This document shows, in pieces, positions 29,434 through 38,999 of a stretch of 64,000 nucleotides of DNA; within the stretch, counting starts at the first letter, position 1; each line of letters opens with the position of its first letter. This stretch comes from Minisyncoccia bacterium. Lineage in GTDB: Bacteria; Patescibacteriota; Minisyncoccia; Phycocordibacterales; PALSA-1337. The position numbers and the translations under genes are program-made. The notes under the pieces were generated by a model. The model was not told the origin of the DNA. It was given only the letters and a program-made list of their open reading frames with translations, and ran no database searches. The DNA lies in NCBI GenBank assembly GCA_044228445.1, contig JBGAUV010000002.1, positions 140,600-204,599 of the forward strand, written 5' to 3'.

Positions 29434-30702
29434 ATGAATGATATAAACCAGAAAAAAGTTTCATACATCCTTTCAGGGTTGCTTGTAGTTGTAGTAGTTT
29501 TTTTTATAGGAAAATATATTGGTCAGAGAGATTTATTAACTGATACTAGATCAATAAGAATTCCTGATGGAATAGAGATTACAAATGAACAATTTGAACC
29601 TTTTTGGAAGGTTTGGAAAGTTATAAATGATAAATTTGTTACAGCTACTACTACAGATTCACAAAAAAGAGTTTATGGAGCTATTCAAGGTCTAGCTAGT
29701 TCACAAGGTGATCCATATACAGTTTTCTTTCCTCCAGAAGAAAATACAAATTTCAAAAGTGATATAGCAGGAAATTTTGAAGGAGTAGGTATGGAAATTG
29801 GTCTCAAAGATGGCATGTTAACTGTAGTTTCTCCTTTGAAAGGTAGCCCAGCAGAAAAGGCAGGTGTACGTCCAGGTGAAAAAATAATTAAAATAAATGA
29901 TAAAGTTGTAGGTGATTTGCCAGTTGAAAAGGCAGTAAAAATGATAAGGGGACCAAAGGGAACTATAGTAAAAATTACCTTTGTAAAGCCAAGTGGAGAA
30001 CAAGTAGAGCGACCAATTACCCGTGATGTTATAGACATACCAACTATAGAAAAAGGACTAAAGAATTCAAGTTCAAACATAGGTAGCACAACTGCTTCAA
30101 CAAATAATCCAAATAAAATAGGTGATGTATATACAGTTAGACTATATAGCTTTACTGCTCAATCCCCAAGACTATTTAGAGAAGCTATGAGAGATTTTGT
30201 ATTATCAGGTTCACATAAACTCATAATAGATCTACGCGGTAACCCAGGAGGCTATTTGGATGCAGCTTGGGATATGGCAAGCTGGTTTCTACCTGTTGGA
30301 GCAACTGTTGTAACAGAAGACTTTGGCGGCAAAGCAACAAATCAAGTATATAGAAGTAAAGGATACAATATTTTTGATAAAAATCTTAAATTATTAGTAT
30401 TAGTAGATGGAGGTTCAGCCTCTGCTTCAGAAATTCTTGCTGGTGCATTAAAAGAGAATGGTGTAGCAAGACTAGTTGGTAGCAAAACATTTGGAAAAGG
30501 ATCTGTTCAAGAACTTGTGCCTATAACTGAAGATACATCATTTAAAGTAACTATAGCTCGTTGGCTAACACCTAGTGGACACAATTTGTCACATGACGGT
30601 TTGGTGCCTGACTTTGAAGTAAAACCAAGTCAAAAAGACATAGATGCCAAAAAAGATGTTGTAATGGATAAGGCACTTGAAATTTTGAGCAAAGAGCAAT
30701 AG
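29434..30702 (+). CDS. ctpA: carboxyl-terminal processing protease (S41)
   Basis: PDZ (GSPAEKAGVRPGEKII), DLRGNPGG, GSASASEILAG, GKGSVQ. Confidence 0.9.
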   Translation: MNDINQKKVSYILSGLLVVVVVFFIGKYIGQRDLLTDTRSIRIPDGIEITNEQFEPFWKVWKVINDKFVTATTTDSQKRVYGAIQGLASSQGDPYTVFFPPEENTNFKSDIAGNFEGVGMEIGLKDGMLTVVSPLKGSPAEKAGVRPGEKIIKINDKVVGDLPVEKAVKMIRGPKGTIVKITFVKPSGEQVERPITRDVIDIPTIEKGLKNSSSNIGSTTASTNNPNKIGDVYTVRLYSFTAQSPRLFREAMRDFVLSGSHKLIIDLRGNPGGYLDAAWDMASWFLPVGATVVTEDFGGKATNQVYRSKGYNIFDKNLKLLVLVDGGSASASEILAGALKENGVARLVGSKTFGKGSVQELVPITEDTSFKVTIARWLTPSGHNLSHDGLVPDFEVKPSQKDIDAKKDVVMDKALEILSKEQ

Positions 30703-30730
30703 TATTAGGTTATAATAATTAAATAAAAAC

Positions 30731-31174
30731 ATGAAAGTAATACTACTTAAAGACATTCCTAAGATTGGAAAGAAATACGATATAAAAAACGTTGCTGATG
30801 GTTATGCAATAAACCTACTTATACCAAAGAAATTGGCAATACCAGGTACAAATGAAGCTATAAAAAACATTGAAGTTATAAAGTCAAAGGATGAAGGTGA
30901 AAAGAAAATTCAACAAGAACTTTTAGTAAAGAGTTTAAAAGAACTTGAAGAGGCTAGTATAGTTATAAAAGAAAAAGCTAATGAAAAGGGTCACCTATTT
31001 GCAGGTATTCATAAAGAAGAATTGGCAAAAGAAATTGAAAAGCAAACTAGAGTAAATGTATCACCAAGTTTTATTGAAATGGAACACCCAATAAAAGAAA
31101 TAGGGGAGCATATCGTTACTATCAGTGCTTTAGGTAAAAAGGCAAATATAAAGATTACAGTTGAAGCAAAATAG
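30731..31174 (+). CDS. rplI: 50S ribosomal protein L9
   Basis: MKVILLKDIPKIGKKYDIKNVADGYAINLLIPKKLA. Confidence 0.9.
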   Translation: MKVILLKDIPKIGKKYDIKNVADGYAINLLIPKKLAIPGTNEAIKNIEVIKSKDEGEKKIQQELLVKSLKELEEASIVIKEKANEKGHLFAGIHKEELAKEIEKQTRVNVSPSFIEMEHPIKEIGEHIVTISALGKKANIKITVEAK

Positions 31175-31223
31175 GTTCAATTCTTATATTTAAATTTACA
31201 TTAGACTATATAGTGCATATAAC

Positions 31224-31253
31224 AAAAAAGAGCCTTTCGGCTCTTTTTTGTTT
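31224..31253. terminator. bidirectional terminator between rplI and rpmA
   Basis: AAAAAA-GAGCC-TTTC-GGCTC-TTTTTT. Confidence 0.7.
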
Positions 31254-31255
31254 AT

Positions 31256-31528
31256 CTATATAACGTGAACGATTTTCTTTCTTATTATTGAATTATCGAA
31301 GTGTACTTTTCTTTTTGTACCAAACTTCACAACTCCATCTTTTAGTGCAAATAGGGTATGGTCTTTACCCATGCCAATATTCTTACCAGGAAGTACATCT
31401 GTACCTCTTTGGCGAATAATAATATCACCTACGAACACTGCTTGGCCATCATTAACTTTAACCCCCAGGTACTTGGGATTCGAATCTCGACCATTATCTG
31501 TTGAACCTGCTGCTTTTTTGGTTGCCAT
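31256..31528 (-). CDS. rpmA: 50S ribosomal protein L27
   Basis: [24 protein letters not shown]... Confidence 0.95.
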   Translation of the reverse strand: MATKKAAGSTDNGRDSNPKYLGVKVNDGQAVFVGDIIIRQRGTDVLPGKNIGMGKDHTLFALKDGVVKFGTKRKVHFDNSIIRKKIVHVI

Positions 31529-31592
31529 ACTCTATATTAATTAGTCACAAAAGTATATATTATTAGCCTCAAAAACGCAAGTATAATGGTAT

Positions 31593-31627
31593 TGACAAGT
31601 AAGTCTAGATATGCTAGTATATAGGTA
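31593..31627 (+). promoter_or_regulatory. sigma70-like promoter for the 31676 gene
   Basis: TTGACA, 17 nt spacer, TAGTAT. Confidence 0.5.
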
Positions 31628-31675
31628 TATGAGGTAAAAGTGAGTGTCTTACTTACAAATACCTCATTTTGATTT

Positions 31676-32137
31676 ATGATAGAAATTACTACAAGTGTTG
31701 TATTTCTTTTGTCCTCTATGTATGGTGCCGGTACTGATAAGGTGGATACAGCAGTTGCAATTAACAACAATTCTACCAATAACCAAAATACTCAGGCTGT
31801 AATACTAACAGGTGATCCAAAAGAAGTTGAAAAGTATGTTCGTGAAAAGTATGCAGATACACCTATTCTTATAGAAATAGCCCGTTGTGAATCTACATTT
31901 AGACATGAAGATAAACAAGGTAATGTTTTAAGAGGAAAGGTAGATAAAGCCGATGTGGGTGTGATGCAGATTAATGAGAGATATCACCTTGAAAAAGCTA
32001 AATCACTAGGTTTCGATCTTCATACAATACAAGGTAACACTGCTTATGCAGAATACCTATATGAAAAAGAAGGTGCAAAACCTTGGAGTGCTTCAGCAAA
32101 ATGTTGGAGTAAAAATGATATAGTAGCTAAAAAATAA
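31676..32137 (+). CDS. small secreted lysozyme-like / lytic transglycosylase (SLT)-like protein
   Basis: IARCESTF (catalytic E-S) and DVGVMQIN resemble SLT family motifs. N-terminal hydrophobic segment. Confidence 0.45.
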   Translation: MIEITTSVVFLLSSMYGAGTDKVDTAVAINNNSTNNQNTQAVILTGDPKEVEKYVREKYADTPILIEIARCESTFRHEDKQGNVLRGKVDKADVGVMQINERYHLEKAKSLGFDLHTIQGNTAYAEYLYEKEGAKPWSASAKCWSKNDIVAKK

Positions 32138-32147
32138 ATAATAAAAC

Positions 32148-32177
32148 AAAAAACCCACATAATGTGGGTTTTTTGTT
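32148..32177 (+). terminator. intrinsic terminator
   Basis: AAAAAA-CCCACA-TAA-TGTGGG-TTTTTTGTTT. Confidence 0.7.
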
Positions 32178-32224
32178 TGGTAAATTTAATTTGACTCTTT
32201 ACATATATAAATGCTAAAAATCTT

Positions 32225-32467
32225 TTGGAGATGAATATAAGTGATATGTTGGGGAAAAGGGTAATGGTGGTAATTAATGAAATTCAGGAAGGAGGAAAAT
32301 ATGGTCCGATTACTTACATTGGGACACTTATAAAAATTGAAGGTAATATAATTACACTTTTTGCTTTAGTAAATTGTACTGGTAACAAATGGAAACATAT
32401 TGTTGGTGAAATGATGGTAAATATAGAAGCTAAATCTTTTGTAAGCATTAATGAGATTAAACAATGA
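32225..32467 (+). CDS. small protein (80 aa) with Sm-like pattern
   Basis: GKRVMVVINE...ITYIGTLIKIEGNIITLFAL resembles the Sm1 motif. MVNIEAKSFVSINEI resembles Sm2. Confidence 0.3.
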   Translation: MEMNISDMLGKRVMVVINEIQEGGKYGPITYIGTLIKIEGNIITLFALVNCTGNKWKHIVGEMMVNIEAKSFVSINEIKQ

Positions 32468-32580
32468 TATGGCACGAGACGATCGTGTCATTTTCTTTTG
32501 TATATTGACTTATATATCATTTATATGTTATAAGTTTAATAGAAAGACAGAAACAGAAACAATCAAAACAAAGGAAGAAG

Positions 32581-33276
32581 ATGACAAAGGAAGAGATTTT
32601 TGCATTGACCTTGGAAAGTCTTGACATCAAGCTTTTGACTCAAGGGGTTAAGCGACACAATCGAATTACTAGGGGTGAAAAGCTGATTACCGTTGGTGAC
32701 GTGTGTCGAAAGTATCCATACCGTCTCAGAACGAGAATGTATCAAAGGTACAATCAAGAAGACCTTGGTGCTGGTAAAGACACTATCAATGAGTTTAAAA
32801 CTAGACTCGTTAAGCTAGGCTTAACAGCCGACGATTGGCCTGGGCTGGTTCCTCACAATGAACTTTTGCTCCATCTCTCAAAAGCAAAAATTCTGGAGTT
32901 ACCATTCCGGGAAGTGTCTCCCAAATTCGACGATTACTTTCATGCTAGGTTGCGTGAAATGGTTGGGCTAGATAGAGTAACATATAGAGAGAAGCCAGTT
33001 GAAGTGACACTTAAAGATGTCATCCTTACAGATCCAGACACCCTTAGTGAGGATACACACAGATATTTGATTGAACCATACAAACGTAGGTTCATGGTTC
33101 TTCGAATGAAGTTAGTTGCAAGAGGGTTCAATGAAAGTGACGGCCCGTTCTTTAAATGGAATCCTGAACCTGATGCAATTTGGAAAGCGGAAAAAATTCT
33201 CCGTGCTGAAGGTATTAAGGGGAAGAGCCTTACAAGGTTTGCTCAAATCGCGGTTAATCGCGGCTGGGTAACCTGA
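32581..33276 (+). CDS. hypothetical protein (231 aa), GC-rich ORFan
   Basis: N-terminus LDIKLLTQGVKRHNRITRGEKLITVGDVCRK looks HhH-like. Confidence 0.4.
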   Translation: MTKEEIFALTLESLDIKLLTQGVKRHNRITRGEKLITVGDVCRKYPYRLRTRMYQRYNQEDLGAGKDTINEFKTRLVKLGLTADDWPGLVPHNELLLHLSKAKILELPFREVSPKFDDYFHARLREMVGLDRVTYREKPVEVTLKDVILTDPDTLSEDTHRYLIEPYKRRFMVLRMKLVARGFNESDGPFFKWNPEPDAIWKAEKILRAEGIKGKSLTRFAQIAVNRGWVT

Positions 33277-33652
33277 TCTAATAGGGAAATACAACCGAGC
33301 TCGGACTAATAATCCGGGCTTCGTTTTTTATAGAGGGAACCCTCTTTCCTCTATATAGGCATGTCGTACAATATATCTTTTACGACATTGTGCATAGTAA
33401 AGCTGTAGAGATAAATGAATATTTCAATTTAATTAATCAGTTTAACGTATGGATGTATCAGTATATTCCCTTCACTTATATAAATTCAATTATTTAAATA
33501 TTATTATAATTAATTTATTAAATTTCGTACCCTGTTTATTTAAATTTGTAGTAAATTATACATATTGACATAATATTAATATTCTGTTATTTTATAACAA
33601 ATAGTCAGAGTGGTAATCACTCCCTTAAAACCGAAGAATCAATTTTCTTTCT

Positions 33653-34282
33653 ATGTCCCAAGGATTACATCTTTTACAGTCTCTAAAGCACTCCCTTTCT
33701 CTAAACCAATTTATTGGCGAAAGAAGTGGAGATATTCCAGTTTATTCTTTACACAGAATTAGAACCTGTGTTGCATCCTCACCATTACCTGTGAGTGCAG
33801 AGGTACAGGTTATGTTTTTGCGTGAGGTGATTATCGCCAACAATACTTATCGTGAAGAAAGTGGTAATGATTGGTATTGTCTTACATCGATTAACTTAGT
33901 TTCTGCTCTTGAAGGACTAGAGGCAAGGTTGAAAGAGGTAAATGATCTTGCATTAGAAACATTACCTAAAGGAGTTAAGGATGTTGTTGAACGTGTCCTG
34001 ACTAATGCACGTATAAAGTGCATTCACGATATTCGTGATTGGTTTGAAGCTAATTACGATGATCTTCTGTACAACATGAAAGGCTCAATTCCTTGGCCAA
34101 TTGTACAGAGACTTCGGCGGAGTCTCAGAGCCTGGTCATTTGGTATTGTTGATCCATTCGGGCAAGATATCGAAGATATGGTAATTGAAGTTGCCAAAGA
34201 ACAGGGTCACCATTGTGATGATGCTGAGTCAGCATGGAAAGCAATGGGCGGAAAGATTCTCGGTAAGACAGATAAAAGATGA
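33653..34282 (+). CDS. hypothetical protein (209 aa), GC-rich ORFan
   Basis: ORF with elevated G+C. No known motif. Confidence 0.4.
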   Translation: MSQGLHLLQSLKHSLSLNQFIGERSGDIPVYSLHRIRTCVASSPLPVSAEVQVMFLREVIIANNTYREESGNDWYCLTSINLVSALEGLEARLKEVNDLALETLPKGVKDVVERVLTNARIKCIHDIRDWFEANYDDLLYNMKGSIPWPIVQRLRRSLRAWSFGIVDPFGQDIEDMVIEVAKEQGHHCDDAESAWKAMGGKILGKTDKR

Positions 34283-34297
34283 GATCTGTCATCAAAA

Positions 34298-34336
34298 GTC
34301 CCGTACTACATTAACTTGTGTACGGGTCTTTTTTTA
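34298..34336. terminator. hairpin terminator between convergent genes
   Basis: CCCGTAC-N13-GTACGGG followed by TCTTTTTTTATTT. The loop region can pair further. Confidence 0.55.
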
Positions 34337-34342
34337 TTTGAA

Positions 34343-34597
34343 CTATTTATTCTTAATTGATTCTAGCAGTGGCGTTATAACTCTATCTAGTAGGATATCT
34401 TTTCCTAAATATGTTGTTGGCTTTTTTAAATATTTTTCCCAAACAAAAATTACTTTTTCTGTTACATAAGAAATGTTTTGTCTCGTTTCAGGCTTTTCTA
34501 AAGCCTTTCTGACATCAAAACCATAATACCCTAGTATGATAAGTACAATAAGTATAAGTATTATCCAATTTAGAAAACCGCCTTGTTTATTTTTCAT
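34343..34597 (-). CDS. small membrane protein (84 aa)
   Basis: One TM helix WIILILIVLIILGYYGF. Confidence 0.4.
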   Translation of the reverse strand: MKNKQGGFLNWIILILIVLIILGYYGFDVRKALEKPETRQNISYVTEKVIFVWEKYLKKPTTYLGKDILLDRVITPLLESIKNK

Positions 34598-34627
34598 ATT
34601 TTAATTTTAGCACGCTTTAAAATGCGA

Positions 34628-35941
34628 TTAAAGGAATGACAGTGGATTTAGATATGCCTTTGGATCAGCAAGTGGCATTAAAACATTTTTACAATTAGCA
34701 CTACCAGGTAGATAAGTAACTTTTACTCCTTGTGAAGCATAAACCCCAAAATGTAAGTGTGGACCAGTTGAATATCCAGTATTACCTGAATATCCAAGTA
34801 ATTGTCCTGTATCTACTTCATCTCCAACTTTAACTGATTGTAACGATAGGTGTGCATATAGAGTTGAAAGACCATTTGAATGTTTTACCATTATCCATTT
34901 ACCATATGAATAACATCTAGGTGCTAAATCCGTATTGGCTACTCCTATAACTGTACCAGATAAAGCTGAGTATACAGGTGTACCTATAGAAGCCGCAAAG
35001 TCTACACCCGTATGTCCTTTACCGTTGTATACTTGAGGGTTTTTTGTTGCAAAAGGTGTATTACCAAAGTATTGTGTGATTTTTAATTTTTGTAGTGGGG
35101 CAGATAAAACTCCAGTTCCTGTATGTGGAATTTTACTTGGATCAATTGCGATTTTTAGTGCTGATTCATATTCAGCTAATTCCCTTTCAAATGCCTCTTT
35201 TTGACTCTGTTTTGCTGAAACTATTTTTTTATAATTCGCCTCAGTATTCTTTGTAGCTTTTAAAATATTATTCTGTTCATTTACTGTATCTGCAATAATC
35301 TGTTTCTGACTTTTTAATTCTTGTTCAAGTTTCACAAGCTCAACCTTTTTTGTTTCAGTTTTCTTTTTGTTTTGCTCAAGTGAAGTTTTTATACTTTGCA
35401 ATTCATGTATTCTATCCTTTACTTCAGATTGCAGATAAGAAAGTCTATCAATATTTGACCAAGTATCGGTAAAGTCTTTTGCGCCAAGTATATTTTCTAG
35501 TATACTTTTTGGAGACATTACACTTATATTTGAAAGGGATTGAGATATCACTCTTCTACTATCCGTAATCCTATTTTGTTTATCCCCTATTTGGCTAGTC
35601 AACTCTTTTATTTCAAGATTGGTTGCTGATATCTTATTTTCCGTAATTGCTAGATCAGCTTCAAGTTTCTTTTTAGATAAAGTTAATTCGCTAAGTGTCT
35701 TTTTTAGTGAATCTGCTTCTTTACCTAGTGATTCTATTTGGCTTTGATAACCTTGTATTTCTTGTTCTAGTTGCTTTATGTTTTCATTTTTTTGATCTAT
35801 TTTTGATTTTATATCTTGTACTAGAGTTTTTGAGGTGTTTTGCGCAAAACTGTATTTATATAAAGATAAAATAATTATTGTTATAAATAATATAGCAAAT
35901 AATATTTTAAGAGTTTTTTTATTTTGCTTATATTGAATCAT
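34628..35941 (-). CDS. M23-family peptidoglycan endopeptidase with N-terminal coiled coil (EnvC-like)
   Basis: Long coiled-coil. C-terminal HTGVDFAA...HLHFGV M23 zinc motifs. Confidence 0.85.
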   Translation of the reverse strand: MIQYKQNKKTLKILFAILFITIIILSLYKYSFAQNTSKTLVQDIKSKIDQKNENIKQLEQEIQGYQSQIESLGKEADSLKKTLSELTLSKKKLEADLAITENKISATNLEIKELTSQIGDKQNRITDSRRVISQSLSNISVMSPKSILENILGAKDFTDTWSNIDRLSYLQSEVKDRIHELQSIKTSLEQNKKKTETKKVELVKLEQELKSQKQIIADTVNEQNNILKATKNTEANYKKIVSAKQSQKEAFERELAEYESALKIAIDPSKIPHTGTGVLSAPLQKLKITQYFGNTPFATKNPQVYNGKGHTGVDFAASIGTPVYSALSGTVIGVANTDLAPRCYSYGKWIMVKHSNGLSTLYAHLSLQSVKVGDEVDTGQLLGYSGNTGYSTGPHLHFGVYASQGVKVTYLPGSANCKNVLMPLADPKAYLNPLSFL

Positions 35942-37232
35942 AGGCAGATTTTAGTCTTGCCAAAGTCTCTTTTTTCCCAATTATTGAAGAAATAACAAAT
36001 GGATCAGGAGATTTGTCTTTACCAGATAGAGCATAACGCATAGGCCAAAGAACATTTCCTTTTCCATTCTTTTCAGCATAAGGCCATATAAGATCTTTTA
36101 TTTCCTGTTGAGTAAAGTTTTCATTTAGACCACTCATCATTTCTATTACACTACCAATATGACTTTTAGTTATACTTATATCCTTTTCTTGTTTCCACAT
36201 TAACTTTTCTCTTTCATATTTTGCTACTGATTTTATAAAAGAAAGTTCATCATCAAATAGACTAGGTATTTGGCTAAAGTACTGAACTTTTTCTCTAAGT
36301 AAAGGTAAAACTTTATTTGATATTTTTTCTGAAGAGAAAATATCACAGTATTTTATAAAGTCTTCATCAGAGAGCTTTTCTATATATTGTCTATTCATCC
36401 AATTTAATTTTTCTTCATTGAATATTGCTCCGGACTTGTGAACTTTATCAAGACTAAATTCCTTTATAATTTCTTGTAGAGACATTATTTCTCTCTCATC
36501 TCCAGGATTCCAGCCCAAGAAAGCCATGTAGTTTATAATTGCTTCATTTAAATATCCTCTATTTTTGTATTCACTTATCGGTAAAGCACCCTTTCTTTTT
36601 GAGAGTTTTGATCTGTCTGAACCTAGAACTAAGGGTATGTGTGCATACTGAGGTAAACTTGCTCCTAAAGCTTCATATATGAGAATTTGGCGTGGTGTAT
36701 TTGATATATGGTCTTCACCTCTAATAATGTGAGTTACACTCATATCATTATCATCAACAACTACAACAAGATGAAATACTGGTTCATCAAAACTCTTTGC
36801 AATAACAAAATCACCAAGTTCTGTCGTATCAAATTCTACTTTACCTCTTATTATATCAATCCAAGTTACTTTTTTATTTGGATTTTTAAACCTTATTACT
36901 TCACTTCTCCCACCCTCTTCTTTTGGAGTCTCTTTTGAAATATATGCATGACCATTGGCTATTAATTTTTCAATAGCTTTTTTGTGTATATCTACTCTTT
37001 CACTTTGTCTATAGAATTCATCATAATCAAGATTCATCCATTTTAAACTCTCAACTATATTATCTTCATATTCTTTTTTTGATCGAGCTTTATCTGTATC
37101 TTCTATTCTTAATATAAATTTACCACCATTTTTTTTAGCATAAATATATGCAAAAAGAGCAGTTCTATAACTTCCTACATGAAAAAGTCCTGTTGGTGAT
37201 GGTGCAAATCTTGTTACAACTCTATTATTCAT
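35928..37232 (-). CDS. gltX: glutamyl-tRNA synthetase
   Basis: RFAPSPTGLFHVGS (HIGH-like), KLSKRKG. Confidence 0.9.
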   Translation of the reverse strand: MNNRVVTRFAPSPTGLFHVGSYRTALFAYIYAKKNGGKFILRIEDTDKARSKKEYEDNIVESLKWMNLDYDEFYRQSERVDIHKKAIEKLIANGHAYISKETPKEEGGRSEVIRFKNPNKKVTWIDIIRGKVEFDTTELGDFVIAKSFDEPVFHLVVVVDDNDMSVTHIIRGEDHISNTPRQILIYEALGASLPQYAHIPLVLGSDRSKLSKRKGALPISEYKNRGYLNEAIINYMAFLGWNPGDEREIMSLQEIIKEFSLDKVHKSGAIFNEEKLNWMNRQYIEKLSDEDFIKYCDIFSSEKISNKVLPLLREKVQYFSQIPSLFDDELSFIKSVAKYEREKLMWKQEKDISITKSHIGSVIEMMSGLNENFTQQEIKDLIWPYAEKNGKGNVLWPMRYALSGKDKSPDPFVISSIIGKKETLARLKSAYDSI

Positions 37233-37298
37233 AATTGTTGTATTATAACAAAAAAGTACCCTTTTAGGTACCTTTTTGTAACATATTAGGTATTATAA

Positions 37299-37802
37299 TT
37301 AACCTTTTATTTCTGTAACGCTTGATGTTGCTCTGAAAAGCTTCATTATGATACCTCCCTTTGAATCCTTTAGAGGAGCATCTTTTGAAGCATCAAATTT
37401 CTTATCTCCATCATCTGAATGAAGCATAGCGTAATACATCATTCCTTCTTTTGTGTTCTCCTTTAGATTTACTTTTCCTGGGTTAATTCCTTTGTCAAAA
37501 TATGTATATCCTATTACATCTCCTGGTTTTCCATTGTTATCTTTATGTATAACAATCCAACCTGGTGCAGCAAACTGTGCTGAAGAAATATATACTATAT
37601 TTCCTGGATATTGATCTGAGACTACAACACGATTAACTTCTTTTGTAGATGAATCATCGTTATCAACTACTGATGAATTTGTGTCTGAAGGTGACTTTGA
37701 ATCTGTTCCTTTGTACATGTAATAACCAAGTACTACTAGTATTATTATTACAACTACTGTAACAAACCATTGCCATCCCTTTATACCTTGATTTGGTTCC
37801 AT
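37299..37802 (-). CDS. hypothetical membrane-anchored protein (167 aa)
   Basis: N-terminal TM helix. No motif. Confidence 0.4.
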   Translation of the reverse strand: MEPNQGIKGWQWFVTVVVIIILVVLGYYMYKGTDSKSPSDTNSSVVDNDDSSTKEVNRVVVSDQYPGNIVYISSAQFAAPGWIVIHKDNNGKPGDVIGYTYFDKGINPGKVNLKENTKEGMMYYAMLHSDDGDKKFDASKDAPLKDSKGGIIMKLFRATSSVTEIKG

Positions 37803-37872
37803 TTGTTTTAAAATTAATTATAAATCTCTAATAATTTAATATTATAGGATATGACCTATATTACCATATTTA

Positions 37873-38997
37873 CTAGTCGTGTTCCAGCCCAATTTCAAGT
37901 AAAGCATCAGCAATTTTGATAGGTGCATCAGAATGGCTAAATTGCTTGGCGGATTCGGACATTCGACTTGAAATATGCTGATTATTCATGATTCTGTCAA
38001 TCTCTGATATTAAAATATGTGAGCTTAAATTATGCTCCTCAATAACTGTGCAAGCACCTGATCTAGCGTAAGAAAAAGCATTTTCTACTTGATCATGGCT
38101 AATTTCTTTTGGTAAAGGAATAATAATTGAAGGTAAACCCCAACTAGCAATTTCAAATATTGATGATCCACCTCTTGAAACTACGATACTCGATACCCCA
38201 GCAGACATTCTCATTGATAAATCATTTAAATAATCAAAAGGATGATAACGAAGTATTTTATCATTATCCTTTAAAACTACTTTTGCTGTTTCTTTTACAG
38301 ATTCAAAATTCTTTTTACCAGTTTGGTGAATAATTTCATATCTATTTACCAATTCTGATAATGAATCAATAACAGCATCATTTATTTTTTGAGATCCTTG
38401 TGAACCTCCTAGAACTAAAATTACTGGTGTACTTTCTTCTAAATTTAATAATTGTCTAGCTCCGTTTGTTAGTTTATCTTTTACTTCTTTTCTAATTGGC
38501 ATACCTGTAAATGCCACTTTTTCTTTCGGAAAATATTCGATTGATTCAGGATATGATATAGCTATTTTTTTTGCAAACTTCCCTGCCCATTTATTTACAA
38601 TACCTGGACTTGTATCTGACTCATGGATTATTACAGGAATACCAAGTATTCTAGCCGCCACTAATGCTGGAAAACTTCCATGCCCCCCTTTACCAAAGAC
38701 CACATCAGGATAAATTCTATACATTTTTATAGTTGCAATTACAATACCCCAAATAGTTTTAAATAAATCAAAAAAATTTAATATTGAAAAATATCTTCTC
38801 CATTTTCCGGCTGTAATACCTACATATTCAATATCATTATCAAAAAGCGCTTTAGGGTTGTATTTTCCTGGAGCCATAAAGTATAGACTTGGCTTTAGAA
38901 TTTTTCTTTCTTTTGCTCTATCGTATATTGATTCAGCAATAGCAATTATCGGATAAAAATGTCCACCTGTCCCTCCTCCTGTAAAAAGTATTTTCAT
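37873..38997 (-). CDS. murG: UDP-GlcNAc:lipid I N-acetylglucosaminyltransferase MurG
   Basis: MKILFTGGGTGGHFYP N-terminus. GT28 architecture. Confidence 0.9.
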   Translation of the reverse strand: MKILFTGGGTGGHFYPIIAIAESIYDRAKERKILKPSLYFMAPGKYNPKALFDNDIEYVGITAGKWRRYFSILNFFDLFKTIWGIVIATIKMYRIYPDVVFGKGGHGSFPALVAARILGIPVIIHESDTSPGIVNKWAGKFAKKIAISYPESIEYFPKEKVAFTGMPIRKEVKDKLTNGARQLLNLEESTPVILVLGGSQGSQKINDAVIDSLSELVNRYEIIHQTGKKNFESVKETAKVVLKDNDKILRYHPFDYLNDLSMRMSAGVSSIVVSRGGSSIFEIASWGLPSIIIPLPKEISHDQVENAFSYARSGACTVIEEHNLSSHILISEIDRIMNNQHISSRMSESAKQFSHSDAPIKIADALLEIGLEHD

Positions 38998-38999
38998 AT

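Noticed and set aside
33293-33330. Terminator after 32581-33276
   Set aside because: CCGAGCTCGG is a self-palindrome followed by a U-rich run, but the stem is short and interrupted; left unannotated.
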